Shown piece by piece: positions 37,614 to 49,953 of a DNA stretch of 64,000 nt (positions are counted from its first letter, which is position 1; every line of letters begins with the position of its first letter). Origin of the DNA: Mobula hypostoma (lineage: Eukaryota); the NCBI RefSeq assembly GCF_963921235.1, contig NC_086097.1, forward strand, positions 58,964,001-59,028,000, read 5' to 3'. A model generated the notes under the pieces. That model made no database searches. It saw only the letters and a list, made by a program, of their open reading frames with translations, and was not told where the DNA came from. The position numbers and the translations under genes were made by a program.

Positions 37614-40059
37614 TTTACATTTAATTTATGTGCATTGTAATCACGATATTTCTTCCCAGAAAATTGAACATTTAGAACATAATCTTAAATAATTGTGTTT
37701 TACGCTTGCCGTAAATGTTTCAGTTCCATAATATTGAGATGTTGAGTACAATAAGTACGGATCACTTTTGTTACAGGTTAGAAAATCTACATCCCTCTTT
37801 GTGTACAATCATGATGTACAGCCTAGTGTGGATTAGGCTGAATTCTCACCTTTTAACATCTTGAACCCAGTATTATGCAGGATCAACTGTCAGCATTATA
37901 CATAGACTTCTAAACAAAATATATTCACGATATTGCACACATCTGAGTGTACTAAACAAAAATAAACTCATTTTTTATATTTGGAATAACCTAATGAAGC
38001 ATCAGAAAATGCTGGAATTCTCAGCAGGTTACAGTAATACCTGTGATGTGAGAAGCAGTTAATGATTCAGATTAATGCGTTCCATCAGAATGGGTTAAAA
38101 ATAATTTTCTTGCACAAAAGAATCCTTAAAAACAATGGTTGCATATACATTTTGACTTTTATTGTAATATATTAATTCTCACTATAAGCCTTAAATATTT
38201 TGATTGAATTGTGAGAAATATCTGGGATATTAGTTGGATTTAGTCGGAATAATATTAAGCTTGAAATTTATTTATTTATATGGTCATAGTTGGTATTAAT
38301 TTTCCCTGGTACCTTTTCCTTTTCTTTGCAAAGGTTGGCAGGATGAATATGATAGAGTTCTGATTTAAGGATTTCCATTTATATGCTGTCTGCATGGGGA
38401 GTTTCTATAATATATTTTCTGAGGTATTAATTTGAACAAAACTTGATTGAGCCAACAATTTCTTTCTGCTAAATATAAATGTTATGGATGTAATGAGATT
38501 GGGCATCCTAGTCATTTTCCAATAAATAAAACATTAGTTTTGCGTTAGTAAGTCTCAGATGATAAGTTTGGCATACTTAGGAGAATAAAAAGGAAGCTCT
38601 GGACTTGACCAGTGTTTGAGTGCAGTGTATATTGAAATCAGTAAATGTCAATCAACCACACATCTCATTTAACTCCAATAAAAAATATGATGAGCCCTCT
38701 GAGGTCTCTGTGTTAAAACATGAGCTGGGAGTTAGCGCAGCTTATTAGGTACTTGGCAAAGCTCTACAAATGAGAGAGTGGTTTACGCAGACCAGCCATT
38801 GTAGGAGCAGCTACATTGTGAGTGTGCCAGTGTTAGAGGGGAGAGCTTGAGGATTTGGTTCAAGAGGTTTAAGCGAGAAGAAGTGAAAACTAAGGTAAGT
38901 TTCTACTAAGTTTCTTTATTTGTTCATTTATCAGTACCTTGCTAAAGCAGTGGGAGTGGATCTACTACCCAGTGGTGTGCTCTTCATGCCAGATATGGGA
39001 GATCTGTGGAAGCTCCACACTCCCTGGATACCTGTGTTATGTGTATCCAGCTGCAGCTCTTTACAGACCTTGTTAGGAGCTGGAGCTGCAACTGGATGAC
39101 CTACAGCACATTTGGGAGAATGAGAAGGTAATAGATAGGAGCTACAGGGAGGTCGCCAATCCTACATTGCAGGAGGCAGGCTGCAGGTTGACTTTCAGGA
39201 GAGGGCAAGGGTAAAGGCAGCCAGTGCAGAATACTCTGTGGCCATTCACCTCAATGCCAGGTATCATGAGATACTATTGTTGGGGGGTGGGGGGGGGGAG
39301 GCAAACTATCAGGGGAAAGCCACAGCCACAAGTCTGGCTCTGTGGCTTAGAAGGGAAAGGGGAGAAGAGAAGTAAAGGGATGATAGGGAACTTAATAGCT
39401 AGTGGAACAGACAGGAAATTTTGTAGGCAAGAGAGAAACACATGGATGGTCCGCTGTGTCCCAGGTGCCAGGGTTAGAGAGATCACATACACAGGGGGAG
39501 GATAAGCGGCCGGAATTCATAGTACATATTGGAATCAAGGACATAGATAGGAAAAGGGATGCGGTCCTGAAGAAAGAATATGGGGAGCTAGGTCAGGAAG
39601 CTGGAAAGCAGGACCTCAGGTGTAGTAATCTCTGTGCCACACACCAGTGAGGATAAGAATAGAATGATTTGGCAGGTGAACGTGTGGCTGAAGAACTGAT
39701 CCAGGGACAGGGATCATTGGAATTTTTCTGATGAAGGTATGAGGTGCACAAAAGGGATGGGTTACGCATGAACTTGACAGCAAATTTGCTGCTACTGTTG
39801 GGGAGGGTTTTAACTAGTCAAGAGAAAGAAAGAAGCATCCTTAATGTTTTGAAAACAAGGGCTCTTGAGAATTACAAGTAACTTACAAGAACTTAAGGAT
39901 GGACTTAGGAGAGTGAGAAAGGGGCATGAGAAGGCCTTGACAAATAGGATTAAGGAAAACTCTGAGGCATCCTACACATATGTGAAGAACAGGAGGATGA
40001 CTAGGGTAAAACAGGCTGTTATGCCCGAAAAGGCTGATATTAAGAAAAAGGATCAGTAG

Positions 40060-43000
40060 ACTAGCAGATAGTCAGGGATTCATCTTCGGATCTGAATGAA
40101 TATGCTACAGTTGTCACTGACTTTTCAAGACCTTTGTGGATGACAGTGTGTCATTGACAACATATGAAAAAGACCCAAACTAGAAGCCATGGCTGAATCA
40201 AAAGATTTGCAGTCTGCTGAGGGCTAGATCTGTGGAGGTTCAAGAGGCAGAACTCTGTAAGAAGTCCAGCTATAACTACAGAAGTTTATACTAAGAGAAA
40301 CAAAGCAATTCCAAGTGAAGTTAGAGACTGAATTGGATGTATGTCGGCTTTGGCAGGGGTTTCAGGCCATTCCTTCTTACAAAGCAAAACCCAACTTCAT
40401 ACATGTTTCTTATGCTACACTCTCAGATGAGCTCAACACTTTTATGCACGCTTCAAAAGGGAAAATAAAGCTACACCTCTCTGAATCACTGTAGCATCTG
40501 ACAATCCTTTGATATCTGTCTCAGATGCTGATGTCAGAGCATCTTTCAAGAGGGTGAATCCTTGCAAGATGTCAGGCCCTGATGGTGTACCTGGCAGGGT
40601 GCTGAAAACCTGAGCTAACTAACTGGCTGGAGTGTTCAGGGACATCCTCAATCTCTCACAGTTGCAGTCAGAGATTCCCATCTGCTTCAAAAGGTCATTA
40701 ATTATACCAGTGCCCAAGAAGAACAGGATGAGCTGCCTCAACATCTATCACCCAGTTTCACTCACATCTATTGTGACGAAATGCTTTGAGAGGTTGTCAA
40801 GGCTAGAACGACCTCCTGCCTAAGAAAGGACCAGGATCCACTGCAAATTTGCCTTCCTCCACAATAGGCCTACAGTGGATTAAATCTCACTGGCTCTCCA
40901 TTTTGCTGCTGACCACCTGGATAACAGCAGTACCTATGTCAGGCTGCTATTTATTGAATACAGCTCACTGTTTAGCACCATTGTCCTCTCAATAATAATT
41001 AAGAAGCTTCAAAACCTGGGGCTCTGTACCCCCTTCGGCAACAGAATCTTTGGCTTCCTCATCAAGAGACTTCAGTCAGTTTGGATTGGAAATAACACCT
41101 CTTCCTCGCTGACAATTAACACAGGTGCTCCTCGGGGAAGTGTGTTTAGCCCTCCACTCTATTTTCTCTACACCGATGACTGTGTGGATACTCACAGCAC
41201 AAACACCATCTTTAAATTTGCTGATGACAGAAATGGTAATGCGGAGATCTACAGGGGTGGGATGAATCAGCTGTTTGAATAGTGTTGCAACAACATTGGA
41301 CTCAATGCCTGTAATACCAGGAAATTGATTGTGGATTTCAGGAAGGGGAAGTCAAGGGAACACACAACAATCCTTGTCAAGAAGTCAGCAATGGAAAGGG
41401 GGAGCAGTTTCAGATTCTTGGGTGTTAACATGTCTGGATCCTACATGTTGATGCAGTTATGAAGAAGGCACACCCAAGGCTAAATTTCCTTAGGAGGTTG
41501 ATGAGATCTGGTATGTCATCAAAGACTCTCACAAATTTCCACAGATATACGGTGGAGGGCATTCTCAGAATCAGAATCAGAATCAGGTTTACTATCACCG
41601 GCATGTGTCGTGAAATTTGTTAATTTAGCAGCAGCAGTTCAGTGCAATACATAATATGGAAGAAGAAGAAAAAATATTAACAATAATAAATGAGTAAATC
41701 AATTACAGTATACATATATTGAATAGATAAAAAATCGTGCAAAAAACAAAATTAACATATATTAAAAAAGTGAGGTAATGTTCACAGGTTCAATGTCCAT
41801 TTAGGAATTGGATGACAGAGGGGAAGAAGCTGTTCCTGAATCGCTGAGTGTGTGCCTTCAGGCTTCTGTACCTCCTACCTGATGGTAGTGAGAAAAGGGC
41901 ATGCCCTGGGTGCTGAAGGTCCTTAATAATGGACGCTGCCTTTCTGAGACACCGCTCCTTGAAGATGTCCTGGGCAATTTGTAGGCTAATACCCAAAATG
42001 GAGCTGACTAGATTTACAACCCTCTGCAGTTTCTTTCGGTCCTGTACAATAGCACCCCCAACCCCCCATACCAGATAGTGATGCAGCCTTGTCAGAATGC
42101 TCTCCACGGTACATCTATAGAAGTTTTTGAGTGTATTTGTTGACATACCAAATCTCTTCAAACTCCCAATGAGGTATAGTTGTTGTCTTGCCTTCTTTAT
42201 AACTGCATCGATATGTTGGGACCAGGTTAGGTCCTCAGAGATCCTGACACCCAGGAACTTGAAACTGCTCACTCTCTCCACTTCTGATCCCTCTATGAGG
42301 ATTGGTACATGTTCCTTCATCTTACCCTTCCTGAAGTCCACAATCAGCTCTTTCATCTTACTGACATTGAGTGCAAGGTTGTTACTGTGACACCACTCCA
42401 CTAATTAGCATATCTCACTCCTGTACGCCCTCTCGTCTCCATCTGAGATTCTACCAACAATGGCTGTATCATCAGCAAATTTATAGGTCGTATTTGAGCT
42501 GTGCCTAGCCACACAGTCATGTGTATATAGAGAGTAAAGCAGTGGGCTAAGCACACAACCCTGAGGTACACCAGTGTTGATCATCAACGAGGAGGATATG
42601 TTATCACCAATCTGTACAGATTGTGGTCTTCTGGCTAGGAAGTCGAGAATCCAATCACAGACGGAGGTACAGAGGCCAAGGTTCTGTAACATCTCAATCA
42701 GGATTGTAGGAATGATGGTATTAAATGCTGAGCTATAGTCAAAAACAGCATCCTGACATAGGTGTTTGTGTTGTCCAGGTGGTCCAAGGCTGTGTGAAGA
42801 GCCACTGACATTGCATCTGCCATTGACCTATTGTGGCGATAGGCAAATTGCAATGGGTCCAGGTCTTTGCGTAGGCAGTCTGGTCATGACCAACCTCTCA
42901 ACGTATTTCATCACTGTGGATGTGAGTGCTACTGGGCGACAGTCATTAAGACAGCTCACGTTATTCTTCATAGGCATTTGTATAATAGTTGCCTTTTTGA

Positions 43001-43926
43001 AGCAAGTGGGAACTTCGACCCATAGCAGTGAGACGTTAAAAATGACCTTGAATACTCCCGCCAGCTGGTTGACACAGGTTTTACCAGGTACTCCGTTGGG
43101 TCCTTCTGCCTTGTGAGGGTTCTCCCTCTTTAAAGACAGCCTAACATCGGCCTCTGAGAAAGAGATCACAGGGTCATCAGGTGCAGCAGGGATCTTCACA
43201 GCTGTAGTTGGGTTCTCCCTTTCAAAGCAGGCATAGAAGGTGTTGAGTTCATCTGGTAGTGAAGCATCGCTGCCATTCATGCTATTGGGTTTCACTTTGT
43301 AGGAAGTAAGGTCTTGCAAACCCTGCCAGAGTTGTCGTAGATCAGATGTCATCTCCAACCTTGTTTGAAATTGTCTCTTTGCCCTTGAAATAGCCCTCTG
43401 CAAGTCATACCTGGTTTTCTGGTACAGACCTGGGTCGCCATCTTGAATGCCACAGATCTAGCCTAATCGGTTGCATCACTGTCTGGTATGGAGAGGCCAC
43501 TGCAGAGGTTCAGAAAAAATTGCAGAAGGTTGTAAACTCAGCCAGGTCCATCATGGGCTCAAGCTTCCCCAGCTTTGAGGACATCCTCAAAAGGTGACGC
43601 TTCAGAAAAACGGCATCCATCATTCATGATCCCCATCACCCAGGACATGCCCTATTCTCATTACTACCATCAGGGAGGAAGTACAGGAACCTGATGTGAC
43701 ATGCCCAACATCTTAGGAACAGCTTCTTTCCTTCTGTCATCAAGTTTCTGAAAGGTCAAAGAACCCTTGAACATTATCTCATTACTTTTGCTTTCTTTTT
43801 GCACTATTATTTAATTTTTATATATGTCTTATTGTAATTTATAGTATGTTTTATGTATTGCACTGTGTTGTTGCTACAAAACACCAATTTTCATGACATC
43901 TCAGTGATAATACACCTTATTCTGAT
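40060..43926 (+). mobile_element. Rex1/Babar LINE (40060-41565 and 43463-43926)
   Basis: CFKRSLIIPVPKK, PVSLTSIVTKCFERL, FKFADD. The 3' part resumes after the nested minus-strand copy. Confidence 0.83.
41567..43462 (-). mobile_element. Rex1/Babar LINE nested in the opposite orientation
   Basis: ORFs 42828-43403, 42405-42692 ([22 protein letters not shown]) and 41790-42401. (GATTCT)n tail at 41567-41586. Confidence 0.93.
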
Positions 43927-44877
43927 TAACTGCTAGAACCTTTGAAAAATATTAGGGTAAATATTGCAAGTCTCCAGGACTGGATGGATTATACCCAAGG
44001 CTACTACAGTAAGCAGGAAAAGTGATTACTGCACCTTTGTCAATGATCTTTGCATTTTCACTGGCCACAGGCAGTATCAGAAGGCTGGAAGGTGGCAAAT
44101 GTTACTCCTTTAATTAAGAAAGGGAACAGGAGAAACCATGGAAACTATAAATCAGTGAGTCTTACTTCAGTGGTGGGCAAATTATTGGAGAAGATTCCTA
44201 CAGCCAGGTTTTACATGCATTTGGATTAGAGATAGTTAGCATGACTTTGTGAGGGGCAAGTTAAGCCTCACAAACATAACTGAATTCTCTGAGGATGTGA
44301 AAAATACATTTGCAAAGGCAGAGCAGTGGATAGGGTGTGTAAGTATTTTAGTAAGAGTGTTGATAAGCATGGAATCCAGGGAAACTTAGCTGTGTGGATT
44401 CAGAACTGGCTTCCTCAGAGGAGGTAGAGGATAGTTGTAAATGAAGTGTATTCTGCAGGGATCTGTTCTGGGTCCCGTCCTCATTGTTATTTTTATAAAT
44501 GACATTGATGAGGAAGTGGAAGGGTGGGTTAGTAAGTTTGCAGATAACATGAAATTTGGTGGAGTTCTGGAGAGTGTAGAAGGTTGTCTTAGGTTAAAAA
44601 TGGACATTGACAGGATGGAGAACTGAGCTGAAAAGTGCCGGATGAAGCTCGATCTAGAGAACAGTGACATGATTTAATTTGGAAAGTCGAATTTCAATAC
44701 AGAATACAGGGTTATTAGCCGGATTCTTACCAGTGGAGGAGCAGATAAATTTTTGGTTAACAACCATAGATATTTCAAAGTTGCCACACAAGTTGATAAA
44801 GGATGTTAAGAAGGTTTATGGTGTATTGCCTTTATTGTTGTGGTATTGAATTCACGAGCCATGAGGGAATGTTGCAC

Positions 44878-44958
44878 AAAGGGTCTCGGCCTGAAACGTC
44901 GACTGTACCTCTTTCTAGAGATGCTGCCTGGCCTGCTGTGTTCACCAGCAACTTTGAC
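44878..44958 (+). mobile_element. PLE-tail fragment (3' half of the hammerhead only)
   Basis: agggtctcggcctgaaacgtcgactgtacc...ttcaccagcaac. Confidence 0.82.
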
Positions 44959-44960
44959 AT

Positions 44961-45431
44961 TTATTTTTCCTACTTTTACACACTTAGTCCAGTGGTCGTG
45001 GAACATACGGATCCCTTCTTTGTAGAAGTTAGTGTCTAGGACCTCCAGAAGTGGTCCACAGCAGGGGTGATTGATAAGTTCGTGGCCTAAGGTAGAAGGA
45101 GATGAGTTATTAACTTCAAACTTTCTGCATAATCACTCGAAGAGTTGAACTGCACGTGCATGTAACAAAAGCTGTATAACTCATCTCCTTCTACCATAGG
45201 CCACAGACTTATCAATCACCCCTGCTGTGGACCACCTGGAGGTCCATGACACTCTCATTACATGCGCGTGCAGCTCAACTCTTTGAGTGATAATGCAGAA
45301 AGTTTGAAGTTAGTAACTCATCTTCTTCTATCTTAGGCCACGAACTTATCAATCACCCCTGCTGTGGACCACTTCTACAAAGAAGGGATCCGTATGCTCC
45401 ACGACTGCTGGACTAAGTGTGTAAATGTAGG
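44961..45431. mobile_element. Mariner-derived palindromic (fold-back) element
   Basis: Arms 44969-45029/45371-45431 encode a mariner C-terminus FYKEGIRMLHD.WTKCV.VG in opposite orientations. Three copies of a TIR-like AGGGGTGATTGATAAGTTCGTGGCCTAAGG. Confidence 0.82.
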
Positions 45432-45521
45432 CGCCATCATGACAAGCTTTTTGTTTTGGTATGCTCATCATACGGCGTGTCTTGGGCATCTTAAACCTGG
45501 CGAAGCCCATCCCTCCCCACA

Positions 45522-45620
45522 TTTTTTTTTTAAGAGGTCGAGTTGTTAGCTCAATACTCAACCCAGGCGTGGATGGAGAGCGTGCAAGGGAGTCGGCTGG
45601 ATTTGAACTCGGGATGCACT
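45522..45620 (-). mobile_element. Short tRNA-SINE-like fragment
   Basis: Reverse complement: cccgagttcaaatcc (B-box-like)...aactcgacctctt followed by poly(A). Confidence 0.5.
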
Positions 45621-46094
45621 AAGAGAAAGGTGGCATTCATTGAACTTGACCTGTTCTGTAAAGTCCTTGAACAATTTGTGACAGTGTATCGAGCCTATTG
45701 GTGCAGCAGTGGCATTTCCTTCTCTCATCTTAATGTTTCTCCCTCCCCCGTATGGGCAAAGTACAGCGAAACATCCCGATATTAACTTCCTCTCAGATTC
45801 CATCCAGTGTGAATTAACAACGAGTTATGGCCAAAGTACAGCTCTCCTTTCGGAGCTTCAAGATCAGGATGAACTGACAGTCTGCAAGCTAGCTCATGAA
45901 ACTGAGCTCTGAGATAAGCACGCTGGGACAAAAAGCATCATGTCCTATACCGGCTGGTCAACGGAATCATAATAATGTGTAGACAATTTTTATATAGTCC
46001 TTTGTTGAACAGGTGGGAGGAGAATAATCTTTTATCAGGTTCCTAGTGTCTCTGATCTGACATGAACATATTTAGCCTCCTTGGTTTCTGTTAC

Positions 46095-47745
46095 AGGTCA
46101 TCAACTTGAAACAGTAACTCTGCTTCCTTTCACACATGTTTCATGACGTGCTGAACGTTTCAGTAACACACACAAGATGTTGTAAGAACTCAGCATGTCT
46201 GACTGTATTTATGGAGGGAAATAACTAGTTGGCATTTTGGACTGAGAACATTGGGACTTTAGAGTCGTACAGCAGTGAAACAGGCCCTTTGGCCCATCTA
46301 GTCCATGGCAAACCATTAATTTGCCTAGTTTCATCAATCTGCACCTGGACCATAGCCCTCTAAATTCCTCCCATCCATGTATTTATCTAAATTTCTCTTA
46401 AGTATGGAAGTCGAGCCCATATTCCCCACTTGCGCTGGCAGCTTATTCCACACACTCATCACCTTCAGAGTGAAGAAGTTCCCTCTCACGTTTCCCTTAA
46501 ACGTTTCACCTTTCACCCTTAACCCAGAACTTCTGATTGCAGTCTCACACAATCTCAGTGCTTGCATTTATTCTATCTATACCTCTCATAATTTTGTATA
46601 CCTTTATCAAATCACTCTTCATTCTCCTGCACTCTAGAGATAGAGATGAGAGGGTGTACAGGAGTGAGATATACCAGCTAGTTGAGTGGTGTCACAGCAA
46701 CAACCTTGCACTGCACATAGTGCAGTAAGACCAAAGAGCTGATTGTGGACTTGAGGAAGGCAAGACGAGGAAACATGAACCAATCCTCACAGAGGGATCA
46801 GAAGTGGAGAGAGTGAGCGATTTGAAGTTCCTGGGTGTCAATATCTCTGAGGATTTAACCTGGTCCTAACATACTGATACAGCTATAAAGAAGATAAATA
46901 GTGGCTATACTTCATCAAGAGTTTGAAGAGATTTGGTATGTCAACAAATACATTCAAGAACTTCTATAGATACACCGTAGGGAGCATTCTGACAGGCTGC
47001 ATCACTGTCCGGTATGGGGGAGGAGGGCTACTGCACAAGATTGAAAGAAGCTACAGAACGTTGTAAGATTGGTCAGCTCCATCATGGGTACCAGCCTTCA
47101 TAGTATCCAATATATCTTCAAGGAGCGGTGCCTCAGAAAGGCGATGTCCATTATTAAGGACCCCCATCACCCCGAACGTGCCCTCTTTCCATTGTTACCA
47201 TCAGGATGGAGATACAGAGGTATGAAGGCATGCACTCAGTAGTGATTCAGGAACAGCTTCTTCCCCTCTGCTATTCGATTTCTAAATGGACATTGGACCA
47301 ATGAACACTTCCTCACTTTTTAAATTATTTCTGTTTTTGTACTATTTTTAATTTAACTACTTAATATAAATGTATATATTTACTAATTCATTTATTTATT
47401 TTTTTCTCTATACTTACCATGTATTACATTGTCCTGCTACTACTAAGTGAATTTCATGACATATGCCGGTAATGTTAAACCTGATTCTGATAAAGTCCTA
47501 ACCTTCCTCAATCTTTCCTGATAACTCAGGTCCTCAGGTCCTGGCAACATCCTTGTAAATTTTCTCTGCACTCTTTCAATCTTATTTACATCTTTCCTGT
47601 GACCAAAACTGGACACAATGTGCCAAATTAGTTCTCCCCAACGTCTTATAAAATTTCAACATAATATTCCAACTCCTGAACTCAATACATCGATTTAACA
47701 AGACTACTGAACATTTCCATCACTTCCTGCTTCTTAACTGCAGAT
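46095..47745. mobile_element. Four-level nest: old PLE tail > PLE tail (-) > CR1 3' end (-, 46259-47700) > Rex1 (+, ~46640-47490)
   Basis: CTGAAC(G/A)TTTC at 46151-46161 and 47707-47717 brackets the nest. CR1 motifs RGNFFTLKVMSVWNKLP. Rex1 motifs YRSEIYQLVEWCHSNNLAL and a CCTGATTCTGA end. Confidence 0.75.
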
Positions 47746-49953
47746 CTACTTCATTGGTGCAAATCTTATTTTTTGGGGGGATATCCTGAGGTTATAAAAA
47801 GAACTATGTAAATACAAGAATTTACGAAAGGATACACAATGAACTCTGTCTAATTCTAACATCTGTAAATGAGTCTTCAGATTGAAAGATAGTGTTCTAA
47901 TATATGCATTGTAGCCCTTAATTGGACAGGCAACATGTGTCCTTGGGTACAATCACAGAAAAACAATCTAATCTGTTCATTTCATTTCCATTGCAGCAAA
48001 TAGTAATGATGCAGGAAATCAACACTACAATGAACCGACTACTCAAGAAAGTTAGTCGGAATAATTCAGAGTCTACAATTAACAGCTTTCTCATCAAAAC
48101 GTAATGAATGCTACACGATCTAAGTCTACAAGGTCATAATGAATATTTAAGGTTCAAGCACTAGGTCAGGGTCATCCATACATGTGGTTTCATTAATTTT
48201 ACTCGATGTAAGGATTACTTAGAGTGTAACTAACCATGTTGGATGACAGAAAATTAAGTAGAGATTTTAATTTAAGTGGGTGAATAGTCATCATACTCCC
48301 AAAGGGTGAGGGTAAAGAAACTTTTGGTTCCTACCTGCACATATTGTTCTTAGTTTTTTGACCAAAACTGATGCAAAATTGCAGTGGGCCAAAGGGTGGG
48401 AACAGCATCAAGATAACAAGACTGCAGATATAGTCCTTAAACTTGTGTAAAGGCGGGGGCACTGTGGGGAGGCTTGGGGAAGGGAGAGTCCTAGGCCTTA
48501 GTTTTGGAACTATAGCAGTATACTTGTTCAATGTAATCCCTCAAAGAAGATGAAAAACAAGTAACACTAATAATTCTGATTTTTCCTTCCATTCGATTGG
48601 GCTGGGAAGCAAGTTAAAACCACTCCCCACGAGCAGAGTAGAAATTACCTAAATATTTACTGGTTATCTTCTACATCTGTTCGAGGCAGCAGGAGAAAAA
48701 TTATTGAAGATATTTCAGTGGATCTGTCGATGACTTTGCCACACAGGTAGATGTATCTGTTATTCTGCCCAGTTTCCATTAGTAAACTGGTTTTAATTGA
48801 GTCAGCAATGCAGGATTAAGGATCACTTGCTTAAATTAATAAAGAAATTACTTCATTTGATACACGTTTTTGAAGTCCCAATTTGAAGTGGAATGGTGAA
48901 ATGCAAGCAATAAAACATTTTGGACATATAGACACTATTCATTATCAGTATTCTGCACAACATATCTAGTTCTGTTCAGTTTCCAGGGACATGGACGTCT
49001 CTTCTCTAGTTACAATCTGTTTGATGATTGTTTGCTTTTCCCTCACATTTCTTGTATGCAATAACCCAGCAGTGACATTTACAAAATGCAGCGAATCCGA
49101 GGTAACATAGATAAAAATTACCTTCCACACATACAAAAAAAGGTTTGACAATTAGAAAGATAGTCTGCTTGGTGTAATCAATGCCAACTTCTCAGTGTGT
49201 TACATTACGCTGGTAGTCTCATTGATGTCCTGAATGTATTGCAGCAGGGAGAAGTAATTAGTTTCCTTTCAGGCGTGAGACATTAGTAGTTGGATACTTG
49301 TGGTATTTGTTTCAGAATATTTGACAGAAGATTTTAGGCTCAATTTGAAACCGTTTCCAGTGCGGAGAGTCAGTAAGGAATACAGGCACTAGTGTAAATT
49401 CAAGGCCTGGATTTCAACTCCCTTCCCTCATTAACATAGAACAAAATCATAAAATAGTTCAGTCCCCCTGCTCCTTCCCTATCGTCCTATAAATGACTTT
49501 CCTTCAAGTGCCAATCTAATTTCCGTTTTACCTGGGGGGCTTTACATTTGATCAGATGGGGAATAGGAAGCCAGCCTGTTCATGGGTCATAATTTCTGGC
49601 CAGTCTCCAGAAAAAGTGAGAGGGCATCTCACGACATAAATGCTTGAAATGACAGTTCTCCAACAGCAGCACTATTAAAAGTAACGAGTAGCTAGGATGC
49701 TAAGATGTTGGCAACACCCAAACCCTTCGAACATTGCAACTATATTTTGCTGCCAGAGGATGACCCTTGGATTAGAGTGGTTGAGGATCCTCCATAGCAA
49801 TAAAATACTGAGAAATCTGGTCCATTGTGAAAAACACAATCTTCTCTTCCCCTCTAGGTGTGTTACCAACAATACTGCATTTTTAAAACAATTTTGCACT
49901 TGCAGCCAATCCACTTGAGCAAGGCGTGCATTGTTACCATCAACGTAGTTATG

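Larger units (their letters stand above)
38780..44875 (+). mobile_element. Long decayed CR1 including ORF1 (zinc-finger, coiled coil, SGNH esterase) and ORF2 pieces, split by two nested Rex1 elements
   Basis: ORF1 motifs VVCSSCQIWE, CIQLQL, ELELQLDDL, IGNLIASGTDRKFC...VRCVPGARV, VHIG. ORF2 pieces IKENSEASYTYVK (39950) and KSPGLDGLYPRLL to KFADNMK (43967-44555). Confidence 0.8.
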
